Below, in pieces: positions 48,072 through 59,487 of a stretch of DNA of 64,000 bases; within the stretch, counting starts at the first letter, position 1, and every line of letters starts with the position of its first letter. Source of the DNA: an uncultured virus (IMG/VR IMGVR_UViG_3300048625_000025) (Duplodnaviria; Heunggongvirae; Uroviricota; Caudoviricetes); IMG/VR virus record IMGVR_UViG_3300048625_000025, positions 1 to 64,000 of that record; one strand, written 5' to 3'. Position numbers and translations under genes: made by a program. The notes under the pieces are model-generated. The model did not search any database and was not told the DNA's origin. It was given only the letters and a program-made list of their open reading frames with translations.

Positions 48072-51000
48072 ATGGCCGTAACTAGAATTAAGAATAATCA
48101 GATCACTGATAGTACAATTACCTATACCAAGATTGCGGCCGGCACATTAGTTGGTAGTAACTTTAACCAGGATTTAACATTAAATTCTAACATTAGCATT
48201 GTTGGTAACCTAACGGTCACAGGTGTTTCTAGTTCTGTTAACAGTACAAATACATACGTTAATGACCCTATTGTAGTATTCAATAACGGATACACTGGGT
48301 CATTGGCAGGATACGATATTGGTATGCTTGTAAACCGTAACCTTGCAAGTCTAGCAGGGTACGGAAGCGTAAACACCGCTTGGGTTTGGGTCGAAGCTGA
48401 TCAAGCCTTTGAGGCAATTACTACAACTGACACTGGTACCGGCATTACAACAATCAACAATAGCGGCTTCGCTAATGTTAAGATTGGTAACCTAAATGCA
48501 GTAAGTGGATCATTCTCAGGAACAATTGAAGCATCGATCTTAAACGGCTTCCACACCGGCACCGCAGCATTTAGCACAGCAACAGCAACTAACTTCTCAA
48601 CCGGTAACGCACAAATTCTTGGCGGCAACGTACAAGGCATTGCATATCTTCAGGCATCTAGTTTTTCAACTGGTAACGCAGATATCACCGGTGGATCACT
48701 AAACGCAATTTCAATTGGCGCAACTACTCCAGCAGCTGGATTTTTTACTACTGCTACGTTAGATCAAACAGTTATTACCGGCAACGCCAGTGTTGGTGGC
48801 AACCTAAGTGTAACTGGTAACATTATTTTAGTTAGCGGTAACATTACAACTGCTAACTCTGCGTTCTTCGTTGGTAACACAGTAACCGGCTTTAACGCTC
48901 TATACGCTGGTATCCCAACTGGATACACAATCCTACCACAGGTGGTAGCTCAGTTCTCTGAAGACTACAACGGGTACGCACAACTTAACACACAAAACAT
49001 TAACGCAGGCGGTAGCGCAACCACTGACTATGTTGCTACTGCCAACAACGGCACTGATACAACATTTTACGTTGACCTTGGTATTGCAGGTGATGGATAC
49101 AATAGCTCAAGTCCCAATAACAGTTTAGGTACTGCACTATTCCAGAATGACGCATACCTATATACACAAGCAAATACGCCATCTAGTTATGGCGGTAACT
49201 TGGTACTTGGTACAACCACTGGGCAGAGATTTGTTAAATTTATAAGTGGCGGCGGTAACGTTGAGCATGTGGTAGCGACTATGGCTCAAGCTGGTACTAC
49301 TTCAACATCAACATCAACTGGTGCGCTAACTGTAGTTGGTGGCATTGGCGCAACTGGCGACATTTATGCAGCTTCATTCAATGGTAACGTTGGCGCATTA
49401 AATGCGTCCATTACTAATTTAACTAGCGGCAACGTACTAATCACAAGCGGATCGGTTACGGGTATCACCGGTGCAGCAACTACCTTAACTGCAACTAACT
49501 TTAGTTCTGGTAACGTTCAGATCACTGGCGGTAATGCTCAAGGACTTGGATTCTTACAAACCACAAACCTTAGCACAGGTAACGCTTTAATTACTGGCGG
49601 GTCAGTTACTGGTATCACTGGTGCAGCAACTACTTTCACAGCAACTAACTTTAGTTCTGGTAACGCACAAGTAACAGGCGGGTCAGTTACTGGTATCACT
49701 GGTGCAGCAACTACTTTCACAGCAACTAACTTTAGTTCTGGTAACGCACAAGTAACAGGCGGCAGCCTAATTAATTTCGATGCTCAATCAAATACATTAA
49801 CTGCAACAAACTTTAGCACAGGCAACGCTCAAATTAGTGGCGGCTTTATCCAGGGCATTAACACTATCCAGGTTGATAATTTCTCAACTGGTAACGCATT
49901 GGTTACAGGAGGCAGCTTAACTGGAGTGACTGGTCAGTTTAATACATTAACTGCGACAAACTTTAGTAGTGGAAATATTGTTGGCGTACTAACTGGTACA
50001 GCAAGCACAGCTAACGTGTCGTTATATCAGAGCGTAAACAATTCTGTAGTTAACACAGACTTCTATCCAGAGTTTACTGATCGTTACACAACTGGCAACA
50101 GCGCAGCATACGTATCGGCAGCATTTAAGATGAACCCATACACTGGCATATTCAGTGCAAGTGGCGTAAATGTTACCGCAGTAACACCATCTAACTCAAC
50201 CGGATCTGGCGCACTAATTGTAACTGGCGGCGCAGGCATTGGTGGCAATTTATATGTTGGTGCGGATGCAGTAGTTGTTGGTAACCTAACAGTTCAAGGT
50301 ACAATGACTGCTATTCAGTCGCAGACATTGGACGTAACAGATTTAAATATTACTGTGGCTAAAGGTGCAGGCAGTGCAGCAGCAGCAAACGGCGCAGGCA
50401 TTACAGTCGACGGAGCAGCAGCTAGCCTAGTGTATGCGTCAGCTACAGATAGCTGGAACTTTAACAAACAGGTAATTGGGCAGTTTACTACCAGTAACAT
50501 TCAAGCTACTGGCGGATCGATTACAGGCATCACTGGTGCAGCAACTACTTTAACCGCGACCAACTTTAGTACAGGTAATGCACAAATCAGTGGCGGTAAC
50601 TTGCAAGGTGTTGGTCACTTACAAGCAACTAATTTCGCAACCGGTAACGCATTAGTTACAGGTGGATCAATTACGGGTATCACTGGTGCAGCAACTACAT
50701 TCCATGTTGATAACTTTAGCAGTGGAAATATTGTTGGTGTACTAACTGGTACAGCAAGCACAGCTAACGTTAGCTTGTATTCTGAAGTAACAGATACAAC
50801 TAACACAGCGAACTTCTACCCAATGTTCACTGATAGATCAACCGTTGGTAACAGCTCTGCATTTGTTACTCCTGGTATCACAATGAATCCAGGAACAAAC
50901 ACAATCCAGGCATCAACCTTTGTTGGTACATTCAACGGTACTGCGGCAATTACAAGTGGGTCTATTACTGGCGTAACAGGTGCAGCAACTTATTGGCACG

Positions 51001-53078
51001 CCACTAACTTTAGTGCATCGAACGTAAGAATTCAGTCTGGTAACATTATTGTTGGTAACATATCGGTAGACCGAATTGCGGCTGGTAATATTTTCTCAGG
51101 TAACGTAAACTTTGATGGCGGAGAAATTACTGGAATTACTGGTAATGCAATTACATTCCACGTTGGTACATTCTCAGCTAACACTGCAAACATCATTGGT
51201 GGTACACTAATCGACCTTACAGATGTTGCAACTAACAATTTCTTTACATCAAATGCCTACATCACTGGCGGCTTGATTACTGGCGTTACAGTAGACGCTG
51301 ATACCCTGAGCGTAACTAACTTTAGTACAGCTAATGCAGTACTAACTGGTGGTAGCATTAACTCAATGGCCATTGGGCAAACAGACCCAAGCTCGGCTAA
51401 ATTTACAAATATTGAGGTCACTGGGGTAGCTACCACTCTTGGTAACCTAGTTGTTGCATCTACTGCCCCTTTATTGAACCCAACCGACGCTGCATTTATT
51501 ATTCCAAATGGTGGCGCAGCTATTGGTGGAGATGCGTATGTTAAAGGGACACTAAACGTAGGTGAAGCATCGTTGACTACAGCATTGTCTAACTCGTCTA
51601 TTGCGGCAGTTAATGCAGTAGGGGATTTTGCACAGATGTATATGTTGAATACCACTAGCACTGGCTCAGCAGACTTCTCTGCATATGGTGACAACGGTAC
51701 AGACACTGGTGGTTGGTCAGACTTGGGTATGACCGGTAGTGAGTTTAACGACCCTAACTATACTATCACTAAGCCAAATGATGGTTATGTAATTGTTCGA
51801 CCACAATTGGGCTTTGGTGGTAACTTAGTGCTAGCAACAAGTGAAGCTGGTACGTTTAATGATGTAGTAATTGGGGTTGGTAGCTTTGACACATCTGCAG
51901 AAGTTGCAAGATTCCATGGCAATACCAGCAACGGCGGTTACCTTCAGTTAACTCAAGGTACTGACGCAACAAGTACCTCAACTGGTGCATTGCGTGTAAG
52001 TGGCGGTGTTGGTGTAAGCGGAAACGTTTATGTAGGAGCAAACCTTTCGGTAGCAGGCACAGGCTTAGTATCCGGCAATGCAGTCCTTGGTAAGGCAGTT
52101 ACTATCAACAGCAGCCAAACAGCAGGGATGGACTTTAAGGTCGCTGGCGTAAACAGCAGCAACCTAATTTGGGCTCGCCCAGATGGCACATACGATCAAG
52201 TCTTGATTGGTAATACTGCAACAGTTAGTACCTTAGTTCGTGGAGCTAAGTTGTTTATTAACAGCAGCGACAGTATGATGTTGCCAGCAGGTACAAGCGG
52301 TCAGCGCCCTGGAAACACAGGTGGTACAGACGTACCGGGTATGTTCCGATACAACACTACACTAAACGCTATTGAGTACTTTGGTGGTAGTGAAGGTGCA
52401 TGGAGTACAGTAAGTACACAGTTCACTTTAATTAGTGACCAGCAGTTTAGCGGAACCGGATCGCAAGTAAACTTTACATTGTCGTCTAATCAGACAACCA
52501 ACAACTGTATTGTTAGCATAAACGGTATCATACAGTTACCAGTGTTAGCCTACTCAATTACTGCCAACGTCCTAACATTTACTACTGCACCGGGTGCAGG
52601 CACAGTAATTGACGTTCGCAAGCTAACAACAACTAACGAAATTACACAGTTATCTAGCTCCAATGGTCACGTTGCTATTGGCACAGATAACACATCGGGC
52701 ATTGAGTTCTATAGTGGACCAACTGGCCTAACCTTGCAGCGAACCATGGACCTAAGCGGTGCATGGGTTGGACAAGCAGCTCCAACATCAGTGACTGGTA
52801 TTAACGTAGTAACATTAGTAGATGCGTTTGCTCTTGCAGCATACCGCAGTGCAAAGTATTTGATTCAAGCTACAGTAACAGGAAAACATCAAGTTATGGA
52901 AGCATTAGTTATCCATGACGGAACAACAGCAACAATTACCACTTATGGTATTGTGCAAACAAATGGAAACGTTGGCGTCTTATCGGCTACAGTAAGTGGC
53001 GGTAATGTTAACGTAAACTTTATAGCCGCTAACGCTAACACTAATGTTCGCGTAAGCAAGGAGTATGTGTTAATTTAA
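48072..53078 (+). CDS. Long tail fibre-like protein
   Basis: 1668 aa, G/T/N-rich; 27-aa ATNFS(S/T)GNAQ(V/I)TGG repeats; TGALxVxGGxG motifs. Confidence 0.75.
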   Translation: MAVTRIKNNQITDSTITYTKIAAGTLVGSNFNQDLTLNSNISIVGNLTVTGVSSSVNSTNTYVNDPIVVFNNGYTGSLAGYDIGMLVNRNLASLAGYGSVNTAWVWVEADQAFEAITTTDTGTGITTINNSGFANVKIGNLNAVSGSFSGTIEASILNGFHTGTAAFSTATATNFSTGNAQILGGNVQGIAYLQASSFSTGNADITGGSLNAISIGATTPAAGFFTTATLDQTVITGNASVGGNLSVTGNIILVSGNITTANSAFFVGNTVTGFNALYAGIPTGYTILPQVVAQFSEDYNGYAQLNTQNINAGGSATTDYVATANNGTDTTFYVDLGIAGDGYNSSSPNNSLGTALFQNDAYLYTQANTPSSYGGNLVLGTTTGQRFVKFISGGGNVEHVVATMAQAGTTSTSTSTGALTVVGGIGATGDIYAASFNGNVGALNASITNLTSGNVLITSGSVTGITGAATTLTATNFSSGNVQITGGNAQGLGFLQTTNLSTGNALITGGSVTGITGAATTFTATNFSSGNAQVTGGSVTGITGAATTFTATNFSSGNAQVTGGSLINFDAQSNTLTATNFSTGNAQISGGFIQGINTIQVDNFSTGNALVTGGSLTGVTGQFNTLTATNFSSGNIVGVLTGTASTANVSLYQSVNNSVVNTDFYPEFTDRYTTGNSAAYVSAAFKMNPYTGIFSASGVNVTAVTPSNSTGSGALIVTGGAGIGGNLYVGADAVVVGNLTVQGTMTAIQSQTLDVTDLNITVAKGAGSAAAANGAGITVDGAAASLVYASATDSWNFNKQVIGQFTTSNIQATGGSITGITGAATTLTATNFSTGNAQISGGNLQGVGHLQATNFATGNALVTGGSITGITGAATTFHVDNFSSGNIVGVLTGTASTANVSLYSEVTDTTNTANFYPMFTDRSTVGNSSAFVTPGITMNPGTNTIQASTFVGTFNGTAAITSGSITGVTGAATYWHATNFSASNVRIQSGNIIVGNISVDRIAAGNIFSGNVNFDGGEITGITGNAITFHVGTFSANTANIIGGTLIDLTDVATNNFFTSNAYITGGLITGVTVDADTLSVTNFSTANAVLTGGSINSMAIGQTDPSSAKFTNIEVTGVATTLGNLVVASTAPLLNPTDAAFIIPNGGAAIGGDAYVKGTLNVGEASLTTALSNSSIAAVNAVGDFAQMYMLNTTSTGSADFSAYGDNGTDTGGWSDLGMTGSEFNDPNYTITKPNDGYVIVRPQLGFGGNLVLATSEAGTFNDVVIGVGSFDTSAEVARFHGNTSNGGYLQLTQGTDATSTSTGALRVSGGVGVSGNVYVGANLSVAGTGLVSGNAVLGKAVTINSSQTAGMDFKVAGVNSSNLIWARPDGTYDQVLIGNTATVSTLVRGAKLFINSSDSMMLPAGTSGQRPGNTGGTDVPGMFRYNTTLNAIEYFGGSEGAWSTVSTQFTLISDQQFSGTGSQVNFTLSSNQTTNNCIVSINGIIQLPVLAYSITANVLTFTTAPGAGTVIDVRKLTTTNEITQLSSSNGHVAIGTDNTSGIEFYSGPTGLTLQRTMDLSGAWVGQAAPTSVTGINVVTLVDAFALAAYRSAKYLIQATVTGKHQVMEALVIHDGTTATITTYGIVQTNGNVGVLSATVSGGNVNVNFIAANANTNVRVSKEYVLI
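49596..49762 (+). repeat. Perfect 81-bp tandem duplication inside the fibre gene
   Basis: Unit starting GGCGGGTCAGTTACTGGTATCACTGG at 49596 is repeated identically at 49677. Confidence 0.92.
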
Positions 53079-53120
53079 ATTTATAATTTATTTTAACCGC
53101 CAGCAGGGATATATGGAACT

Positions 53121-56100
53121 ATGGCAAACGGAAATTTTGTAGTACACAATGGGCTTACAGTTGGCCTAGCAAACATCGATGCAACAACTGGATCAATTTA
53201 CAGTGATCATCACTTGTTCACTAATGGTGCGTCTATTGTTACAAGTATTAGTAACACTGCTGATATCTCGGCTAATGCAACTGTCGGCCCAGAAGTTGGA
53301 TTAAGTTTAAACACAACTGGCGTATCAGCTGGCATTTACGGCTCTGCCACTCTTGTACCGACTATCGTTGTTGATAGCAAAGGTCGACTTACTGCGGTAA
53401 CTACAAACACAGCCGTTACTACATTTGGATTAATTGGCACTGGCGGAACAGGGTCAGTTACTAGCGGCGGATCATTATCGTTTGCGAGTACAAATGGCGT
53501 ATCGGTTGTCGCAAGTGGTAGCACGTTGACAATCTCTAATCAACAAGATTTGCGAACCACAGGATCAGTAACATTCGCAAATCTTACAATAACTAACGCA
53601 ACACTGTCTGGCGGCACACTCTCGTCGGCTGGTACAGTAACTATATCAAACAGTCAATCGAGTACCAGTACTACCACTGGCGCAATGACTGTTGCTGGCG
53701 GAGCCGGCATTGGTGGCGCACTATATACTGGTGGCCCAATCAATAATGGCGGAATACTATTTAACATTGGAAACATTGTAGCGGCCAGCGGAACAACAAG
53801 TACTAATACCACAACTGGTGCATTAGTAGTACAAGGCGGTGCAGGTATTAGTGGCGCGGTATACGCAGGGTCGGTATTCGATTCGGGCAACCGTGTGGTA
53901 AGCACTAGCAGTGGCACGGGCAACTTAACAATTAGCGGTGCAAGCATTGCATTAACAGCAACGGGCCCCGGAGCAACAACAGTTGGTAGCTCAAGTGCTA
54001 TCCCTGTTATCACAACTGATGCGTATGGTCGTGTAACATCATTAACTACTGCAAGTATTAGCACCACATTAAGTACTAGTGGCACAACTGGTACAGGCAC
54101 AGTGGCATTGGCAAGCCAATCACTTGCTATTACAGGCGGAACTGGTATTACCACAAGCGCAAGTGGACAAGCAATCACAATTACCAACGCTGGCGTAACT
54201 TCACTGGCAAGCAGCGGCGCAGGCAATGTAACAGTGTCATCATCTACTGGTGCAATTACTTTATCATTACCGGCAACAGGCCCCGGAGCAACAACAGTTG
54301 GTAGCTCAAGTGCTATCCCTGTTATTACAACCGATGCGTATGGTCGCATAACTGCTTTAAGCACAGCAAGCATTAGCACCACTCTTGATATTGCTGGTAC
54401 TACAGGTACTGGTGCAGTAGCATTGGCGAGCCAGTCACTGACATTCTCAAGCACTAATGGATTTGTTTCTGCCGTAAGCGGAACTAACGTAAGCCTTTCG
54501 AGTCCTCAAGATTTACGCACAACAGCATCACCGCAATTTGCGGGAATCACTACAAACGGTCCCGCACAAGTTAATGGTACATTGGGCGTAACTGGTATAA
54601 CCACTATCACTGACAATACTACTAGCACAGGCAGTGGTAACGGCGCATTGGTTGTAACAGGCGGCGTTGGGGTCGGAGGTACACAATACATCGGCGGTGA
54701 CCTTCACGTAGTTGGTAATGTATACACGCCGAACCTAATTGCGATCAGCACCAGTACATTAAGCACAAGTAGCCCGATGGTATACTTCCAAGGAAGTCCA
54801 TTCCCGTATAACTTTGAAACCGGGTTCTACGGTCACTTTGTTGGTGGCGCATCTAACGTGTATGCGCATACTGGTTTTGTGCGTAACCATAATAATAACC
54901 ACTGGACATTGTTTAGTAACGTGGCTAGTGAACCAACTGCAACTACTATCAATTTTACAGATCCTGGCCTTATCTACGACACACTAGATCTTGGATCAAT
55001 TAACATTCTAGATATCACTCCGAGCACAACAGTGGACTCGGGTGCATTGGTTGTAACGGGCGGTGTCGGTATCAGTGGAGCAATCAACGTAAACGGCGCA
55101 GCATACTTTGGTTACCAAGCTAGCAACACCCTATTAACTAACCCGAGTATTATTGCCACACAATCAAGTCAAGCACTAGATGCAGGACAGTTCTTTGTGC
55201 AAACAGCATTGATCAACACAAACGCTACAGGCTCGGCAGATATTGTGGCATATCCAAACAACACCACTGATGGTGTTACTGGATTTATGGACATGGGCTT
55301 CACTGGCAACTTGTTTGCAGATCCTGCATATACTATCACTAACGCCAATGATGGTTATTTGTTTGCTAGTGCCGGTGCCGATTCGGGACTAGGCGGCAAT
55401 TTGGTATTAGCAACAGATCATACGGGGGCTTATGGAGACATTGTTGTTGCAACTGGCAGTTTCTTTGCCAACGCAGAAGTTGCACGTTTCCACGGTAATG
55501 CAAGCAATGGCGGATACCTAGCACTGAAACAAGGAACAGCAGCAACTAATACCACAACCGGCGCATTACGTGTAACAGGTGGCGTTGGTGTAAGTGGCAG
55601 TTTATATGCAGGCGGAGTATATACCAACAGTTTAAACTTTGCGAACGGTAGCCCATTCACATCGACTACGTTAGCCAACACTAGCGATATTACTGCTAAC
55701 ATTCCGAGCGGTGCAAATGCAGGATTGAGCTTAACAGCAACTGGTGTAGCAGCCGGTAACTACGGATCTGCAACAAGTATTCCTACTATTGTAGTTGACA
55801 GCAAAGGTCGCGTATCTAGTATCACAACCAATGCTATCTCTAGCTCATTGACATTAACTGGTGATGTAACAGCAAGTGGATCACTAAGTGGATCAATCTC
55901 TGCAACACTAGCAGCAAGTGGGGTAACCGCTGGCGTATATGGTAGTGCAACTAGCATCCCGACTATCACCGTTGATAGCAAAGGCCGCGTGACCAGCGTA
56001 ACTAGCAACGCAGTAAGCACAACTATTTCTTTAGCTGGCACAAGTGGGTCAGGCACAGTAGCAGGTGGTGGCACATTAACTGTTGCTGGTGGCACAGGTA

Positions 56101-57164
56101 TCACTACTGCAATTTCTGGATCTACTGTAACCGTTACAAACAGCGGAGTTACTGCATTATCAAGTTCGGGCGCAGGCAATCTAACTGTTTCGGCATCCAC
56201 TGGATCAGTTGCAGTAACCTTGCCAACAACGGGCCCGGGTGCAACCACAGTGGGTAGCACAACTACTATTCCGGTTATTACAACCGATGCGTATGGTCGT
56301 GTTACTGCGTTAACTACTGCAAGCATTACCTCATCTGGATTCTCGCTAGCTGGCACAAGTGGCACAGGATCAGTCGCTGGCAGCGGCACGCTAACTTTTG
56401 CGAGTACCAATGGTGTAACTGCAACAGCAAGTGGCAGCACTATTACTATTAATGATCCGCAAGATATTAGAACAAGTGCAAGCCCAACCTTTGCTGGTGG
56501 TGCATTTACTGGAAACGTAACCCGTTCGAGCAGACCATTGATTACCAACTTCTCTGGTAATACCGCTCCGGCAAACCCAATCCAGGGCGATGAATGGTTC
56601 CGTGGTAACACTGGTACTATGTACAAATATGTTTACGATAACGTAAGTAGCACCTACAACTGGCTAAACATCAGCAGCGCATTATTTAACGCAGCTACTA
56701 CAGCAACAGCTAACACACTAGCATTGCGCGATGGATCGGCTAACTTAACAGCAGCTAACTTCATTGGTTTAGCGAGCAGCGCAAAATACGCTGACTTGGC
56801 AGAAAACTACGCAAGTGATCAATCATACGAGCCTGGTACAGTGGTTGTGTTCGGCGGCGAAGAAGAAATTACAGCAACTAACTTGTCACATGACACTAGA
56901 GTAGCAGGTGTGATTTCTACTAACCCAGCTTACTTAATGAACAGCGAAGCAATTGGTTTACCGGTTGCGTTTACCGGACGTGTTCCGTGTAAAGTAGTTG
57001 GTATCGTAAATAAAGGTGATATTCTAGTTACATCTGGTATTCCTGGTGTAGCTCAAAGAATGGAGACTGCACTATATAAACCTGGTTGCATTATTGGTAA
57101 GGCACTAGGTGAAAACAGAACTAACAACATAGCTACTATTGAAGTAGTAGTAGGGAGATTTTAA
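53121..57164 (+). CDS. Tail fibre protein with C-terminal autocleaving chaperone-like domain
   Basis: Repeats YGSATxIPTIxVDSKGR and IPVITTDAYGR; C-terminal YADLAENY...GTVV...GVIST.PAYLMN...GRVPCKV. Confidence 0.75.
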   Translation: MANGNFVVHNGLTVGLANIDATTGSIYSDHHLFTNGASIVTSISNTADISANATVGPEVGLSLNTTGVSAGIYGSATLVPTIVVDSKGRLTAVTTNTAVTTFGLIGTGGTGSVTSGGSLSFASTNGVSVVASGSTLTISNQQDLRTTGSVTFANLTITNATLSGGTLSSAGTVTISNSQSSTSTTTGAMTVAGGAGIGGALYTGGPINNGGILFNIGNIVAASGTTSTNTTTGALVVQGGAGISGAVYAGSVFDSGNRVVSTSSGTGNLTISGASIALTATGPGATTVGSSSAIPVITTDAYGRVTSLTTASISTTLSTSGTTGTGTVALASQSLAITGGTGITTSASGQAITITNAGVTSLASSGAGNVTVSSSTGAITLSLPATGPGATTVGSSSAIPVITTDAYGRITALSTASISTTLDIAGTTGTGAVALASQSLTFSSTNGFVSAVSGTNVSLSSPQDLRTTASPQFAGITTNGPAQVNGTLGVTGITTITDNTTSTGSGNGALVVTGGVGVGGTQYIGGDLHVVGNVYTPNLIAISTSTLSTSSPMVYFQGSPFPYNFETGFYGHFVGGASNVYAHTGFVRNHNNNHWTLFSNVASEPTATTINFTDPGLIYDTLDLGSINILDITPSTTVDSGALVVTGGVGISGAINVNGAAYFGYQASNTLLTNPSIIATQSSQALDAGQFFVQTALINTNATGSADIVAYPNNTTDGVTGFMDMGFTGNLFADPAYTITNANDGYLFASAGADSGLGGNLVLATDHTGAYGDIVVATGSFFANAEVARFHGNASNGGYLALKQGTAATNTTTGALRVTGGVGVSGSLYAGGVYTNSLNFANGSPFTSTTLANTSDITANIPSGANAGLSLTATGVAAGNYGSATSIPTIVVDSKGRVSSITTNAISSSLTLTGDVTASGSLSGSISATLAASGVTAGVYGSATSIPTITVDSKGRVTSVTSNAVSTTISLAGTSGSGTVAGGGTLTVAGGTGITTAISGSTVTVTNSGVTALSSSGAGNLTVSASTGSVAVTLPTTGPGATTVGSTTTIPVITTDAYGRVTALTTASITSSGFSLAGTSGTGSVAGSGTLTFASTNGVTATASGSTITINDPQDIRTSASPTFAGGAFTGNVTRSSRPLITNFSGNTAPANPIQGDEWFRGNTGTMYKYVYDNVSSTYNWLNISSALFNAATTATANTLALRDGSANLTAANFIGLASSAKYADLAENYASDQSYEPGTVVVFGGEEEITATNLSHDTRVAGVISTNPAYLMNSEAIGLPVAFTGRVPCKVVGIVNKGDILVTSGIPGVAQRMETALYKPGCIIGKALGENRTNNIATIEVVVGRF

Positions 57165-58150
57165 TGGCTTTTCCAGTAAGTCCCACAAACGGACAAACAT
57201 ACACAAACAACAACGTCACCTACGTATATGATGCAGGTATGGGCGTATGGGATCCACAAGGTTCTGTTGCTACAGCTAGCCCTGTGCAAAGCGTTGCGGG
57301 TAGAACGGGCGCAGTTACATTAACCGCAGCAGATATTGGCGCAGGCACATTCCCTGGCGCCATTTCCATGGCAAGTACTCTTACTGTGTCAGGCGCAATA
57401 AGTGGACCCGGTACTGGGTTAACTGGCACAGCAGCTGGGTTGAGCATTGGCGGAACAGCCGCGTCAGCAACATCAGCAACTACTGCAACTAACCTAAGTG
57501 GTGGCTCAGTTAGTGCAACAACAGTTACAGCCAGTGGTGCAGTAACATCAGGTGGTAACAGCGGATTCAATAATGCAGTATACTTCAGTGGGGCCAGGAA
57601 CCCAATTTGGTATTTTGGTAATGCGTCAACATACGGTATCAGTTATTTTCAAGGTACTGCGGGCATTGGTAGCGCAGACACAATTGGTATTCATCCAAAC
57701 GGCACCGCTTCGGCCGCTGGGGCGACATTGGGAATTTCAACAAACGGGGTATATTCAATTGTTCCTCTTGCAGTAACTGGTGCAATTACTGCAACCACAA
57801 CAGTTACAGCTTATTATTCCGATGAACGATTGAAGACAAAGATTAGTAAGATTGAAAATGCGCTAGATAAAGTAGATCAACTAAGTGGCTTCTTGTATGT
57901 AGAAAACGATCTAGCCAGGGAACTTGGATTTAACAATACCACACAACAGGTTGCCCTAAGTGCTCAAGCTGTTCAACGAGTACAACCAGAAGCAGTGGCG
58001 TTAGCACCATTTGACAGAGATGTAAATGGCAACAGCAAGAGTGGAGAAAACTACTTAACTGTGCAGTACGAACGACTAGTTCCTTTATTAGTAGAAGCAA
58101 TTAAAGAATTGCGTCAAGAAGTAAATACAATTAAGAAACAACTCAAATAA
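57164..58150 (+). CDS. Fibre protein with peptidase S74 intramolecular chaperone
   Basis: MAFPVSPTNGQ, VQSVAGRTGAV, YSDERLK...AQAVQRVQPEAV...YERLVPLLVEAIKEL. Confidence 0.85.
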   Translation: MAFPVSPTNGQTYTNNNVTYVYDAGMGVWDPQGSVATASPVQSVAGRTGAVTLTAADIGAGTFPGAISMASTLTVSGAISGPGTGLTGTAAGLSIGGTAASATSATTATNLSGGSVSATTVTASGAVTSGGNSGFNNAVYFSGARNPIWYFGNASTYGISYFQGTAGIGSADTIGIHPNGTASAAGATLGISTNGVYSIVPLAVTGAITATTTVTAYYSDERLKTKISKIENALDKVDQLSGFLYVENDLARELGFNNTTQQVALSAQAVQRVQPEAVALAPFDRDVNGNSKSGENYLTVQYERLVPLLVEAIKELRQEVNTIKKQLK

Positions 58151-58153
58151 ACT

Positions 58154-58813
58154 ATGGCAGTATCAATTGACAACAGCGGACTAACATTCAGCGATGGCTC
58201 TAAACAAAACGGGTCACCTACATCCAACAACGACTATGGTCAATTAGTCTCTATTACCACTTTTACAGCCAGCGGCACATATACTGCGCCAACTCCGTGT
58301 AGGAAACTATTGGTTAAAGTACATGGCGCAGGCGGTGGCGGCGCCGGACATTTTGAGAGCGGTGGCGCAGGCGGTTACGCAGAACGATTAATTCATGCAA
58401 TAAGCCCTGGACAGACATTTGCAGTTACAGTAGGTGGCGGTGGCGGCGGGGTTGGATATTACGCAGCAGGCGGCACAGGTGGTACCAGCAGTTTTGCGGG
58501 ATTGGTTACGGCCACTGGAGGCTACGGAGCAAACGCAAACTACAGTCATACTGGCGGACATGGCGGAACTGGTTCAGGCGGCCAAATAACAATCGCAGGC
58601 GGCGGCGGCGTGGGCCACACAAACGGATTCGGGGCATATGGCGCCCGAGGGGTTAGTGGATACTACGGTGGTGGCATGGGAACACGACATAGCGGTGGCG
58701 AACAAATTGGTCCAGGCGCACCAGGCGCGGGTGCCAGTGGCGGAACGACTAGTAACGCCGGCAGCGGCAAAACAGCAGCAGCCGGCATTATTGTAGTATA
58801 TGCTTACTCTTAA
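58154..58813 (+). CDS. Glycine-rich fibre-tip-like protein, paralogue 1
   Basis: FTASGTYT...GAGGGG...ESGGAGGYAE...VTVGGGG...GIIVVYAY. Confidence 0.7.
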   Translation: MAVSIDNSGLTFSDGSKQNGSPTSNNDYGQLVSITTFTASGTYTAPTPCRKLLVKVHGAGGGGAGHFESGGAGGYAERLIHAISPGQTFAVTVGGGGGGVGYYAAGGTGGTSSFAGLVTATGGYGANANYSHTGGHGGTGSGGQITIAGGGGVGHTNGFGAYGARGVSGYYGGGMGTRHSGGEQIGPGAPGAGASGGTTSNAGSGKTAAAGIIVVYAYS

Positions 58814-58821
58814 GGAATAAT

Positions 58822-59478
58822 ATGGCAATTACATTAGGTGCAAGCGGCATTACGTTTAGTGATGGATCTTCTCAAACAACAACGTACTCTGACAGAGGTC
58901 AGCCGATTAGTATTCAGATGTTTACATCAACGGGTACATATACCGTTCCGGCTAACTGTACTCGATTATTAGTGCAGGTACAAGGAGGTGGTGGCGGCAG
59001 TGCTGGCTACTGTGAAAGCGGTGGTGCTGGCGGCTACGCAGAAGGCACATACGCAGTCTCTCCGGGTGCAACATATACAGTAACAATTGGAGGTGGAGGT
59101 GGTGGCGTTGGATATTATGCAGCGGCCGGTTCAGGTGGCACAACTAGCTTTGGGTCATTGTTGTCGGCCTCGGGTGGGCACGGGGCAAATAATAACTCCA
59201 GCCATGGCGGCGGACATGGCGGTAACAGCTTTGGTGGAGCACAACTGTCAACCGTTGGCGGAACAGGTGCAGGCCACGGAAATTCAGCAAGTCATGCAGC
59301 AACAGCAGGTGGTGGCGCCAGTTTCTTTGGTGGAACTGGTGTATACAATAGGGGTTCCACAACTGCAACAAATAACGGACCAGCATGGGGATCAGGCGCA
59401 ACTGGTGGACGTACAAATGACGGCGGCGCCGGAACCACTGGCACAGCTGGAGTATGCGTAATAATCGCATACACATAA
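58822..59478 (+). CDS. Glycine-rich protein, paralogue 2
   Basis: Same architecture; GYCESGGAGGYAE. Confidence 0.7.
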   Translation: MAITLGASGITFSDGSSQTTTYSDRGQPISIQMFTSTGTYTVPANCTRLLVQVQGGGGGSAGYCESGGAGGYAEGTYAVSPGATYTVTIGGGGGGVGYYAAAGSGGTTSFGSLLSASGGHGANNNSSHGGGHGGNSFGGAQLSTVGGTGAGHGNSASHAATAGGGASFFGGTGVYNRGSTTATNNGPAWGSGATGGRTNDGGAGTTGTAGVCVIIAYT

Positions 59479-59487
59479 GGATAAAAC

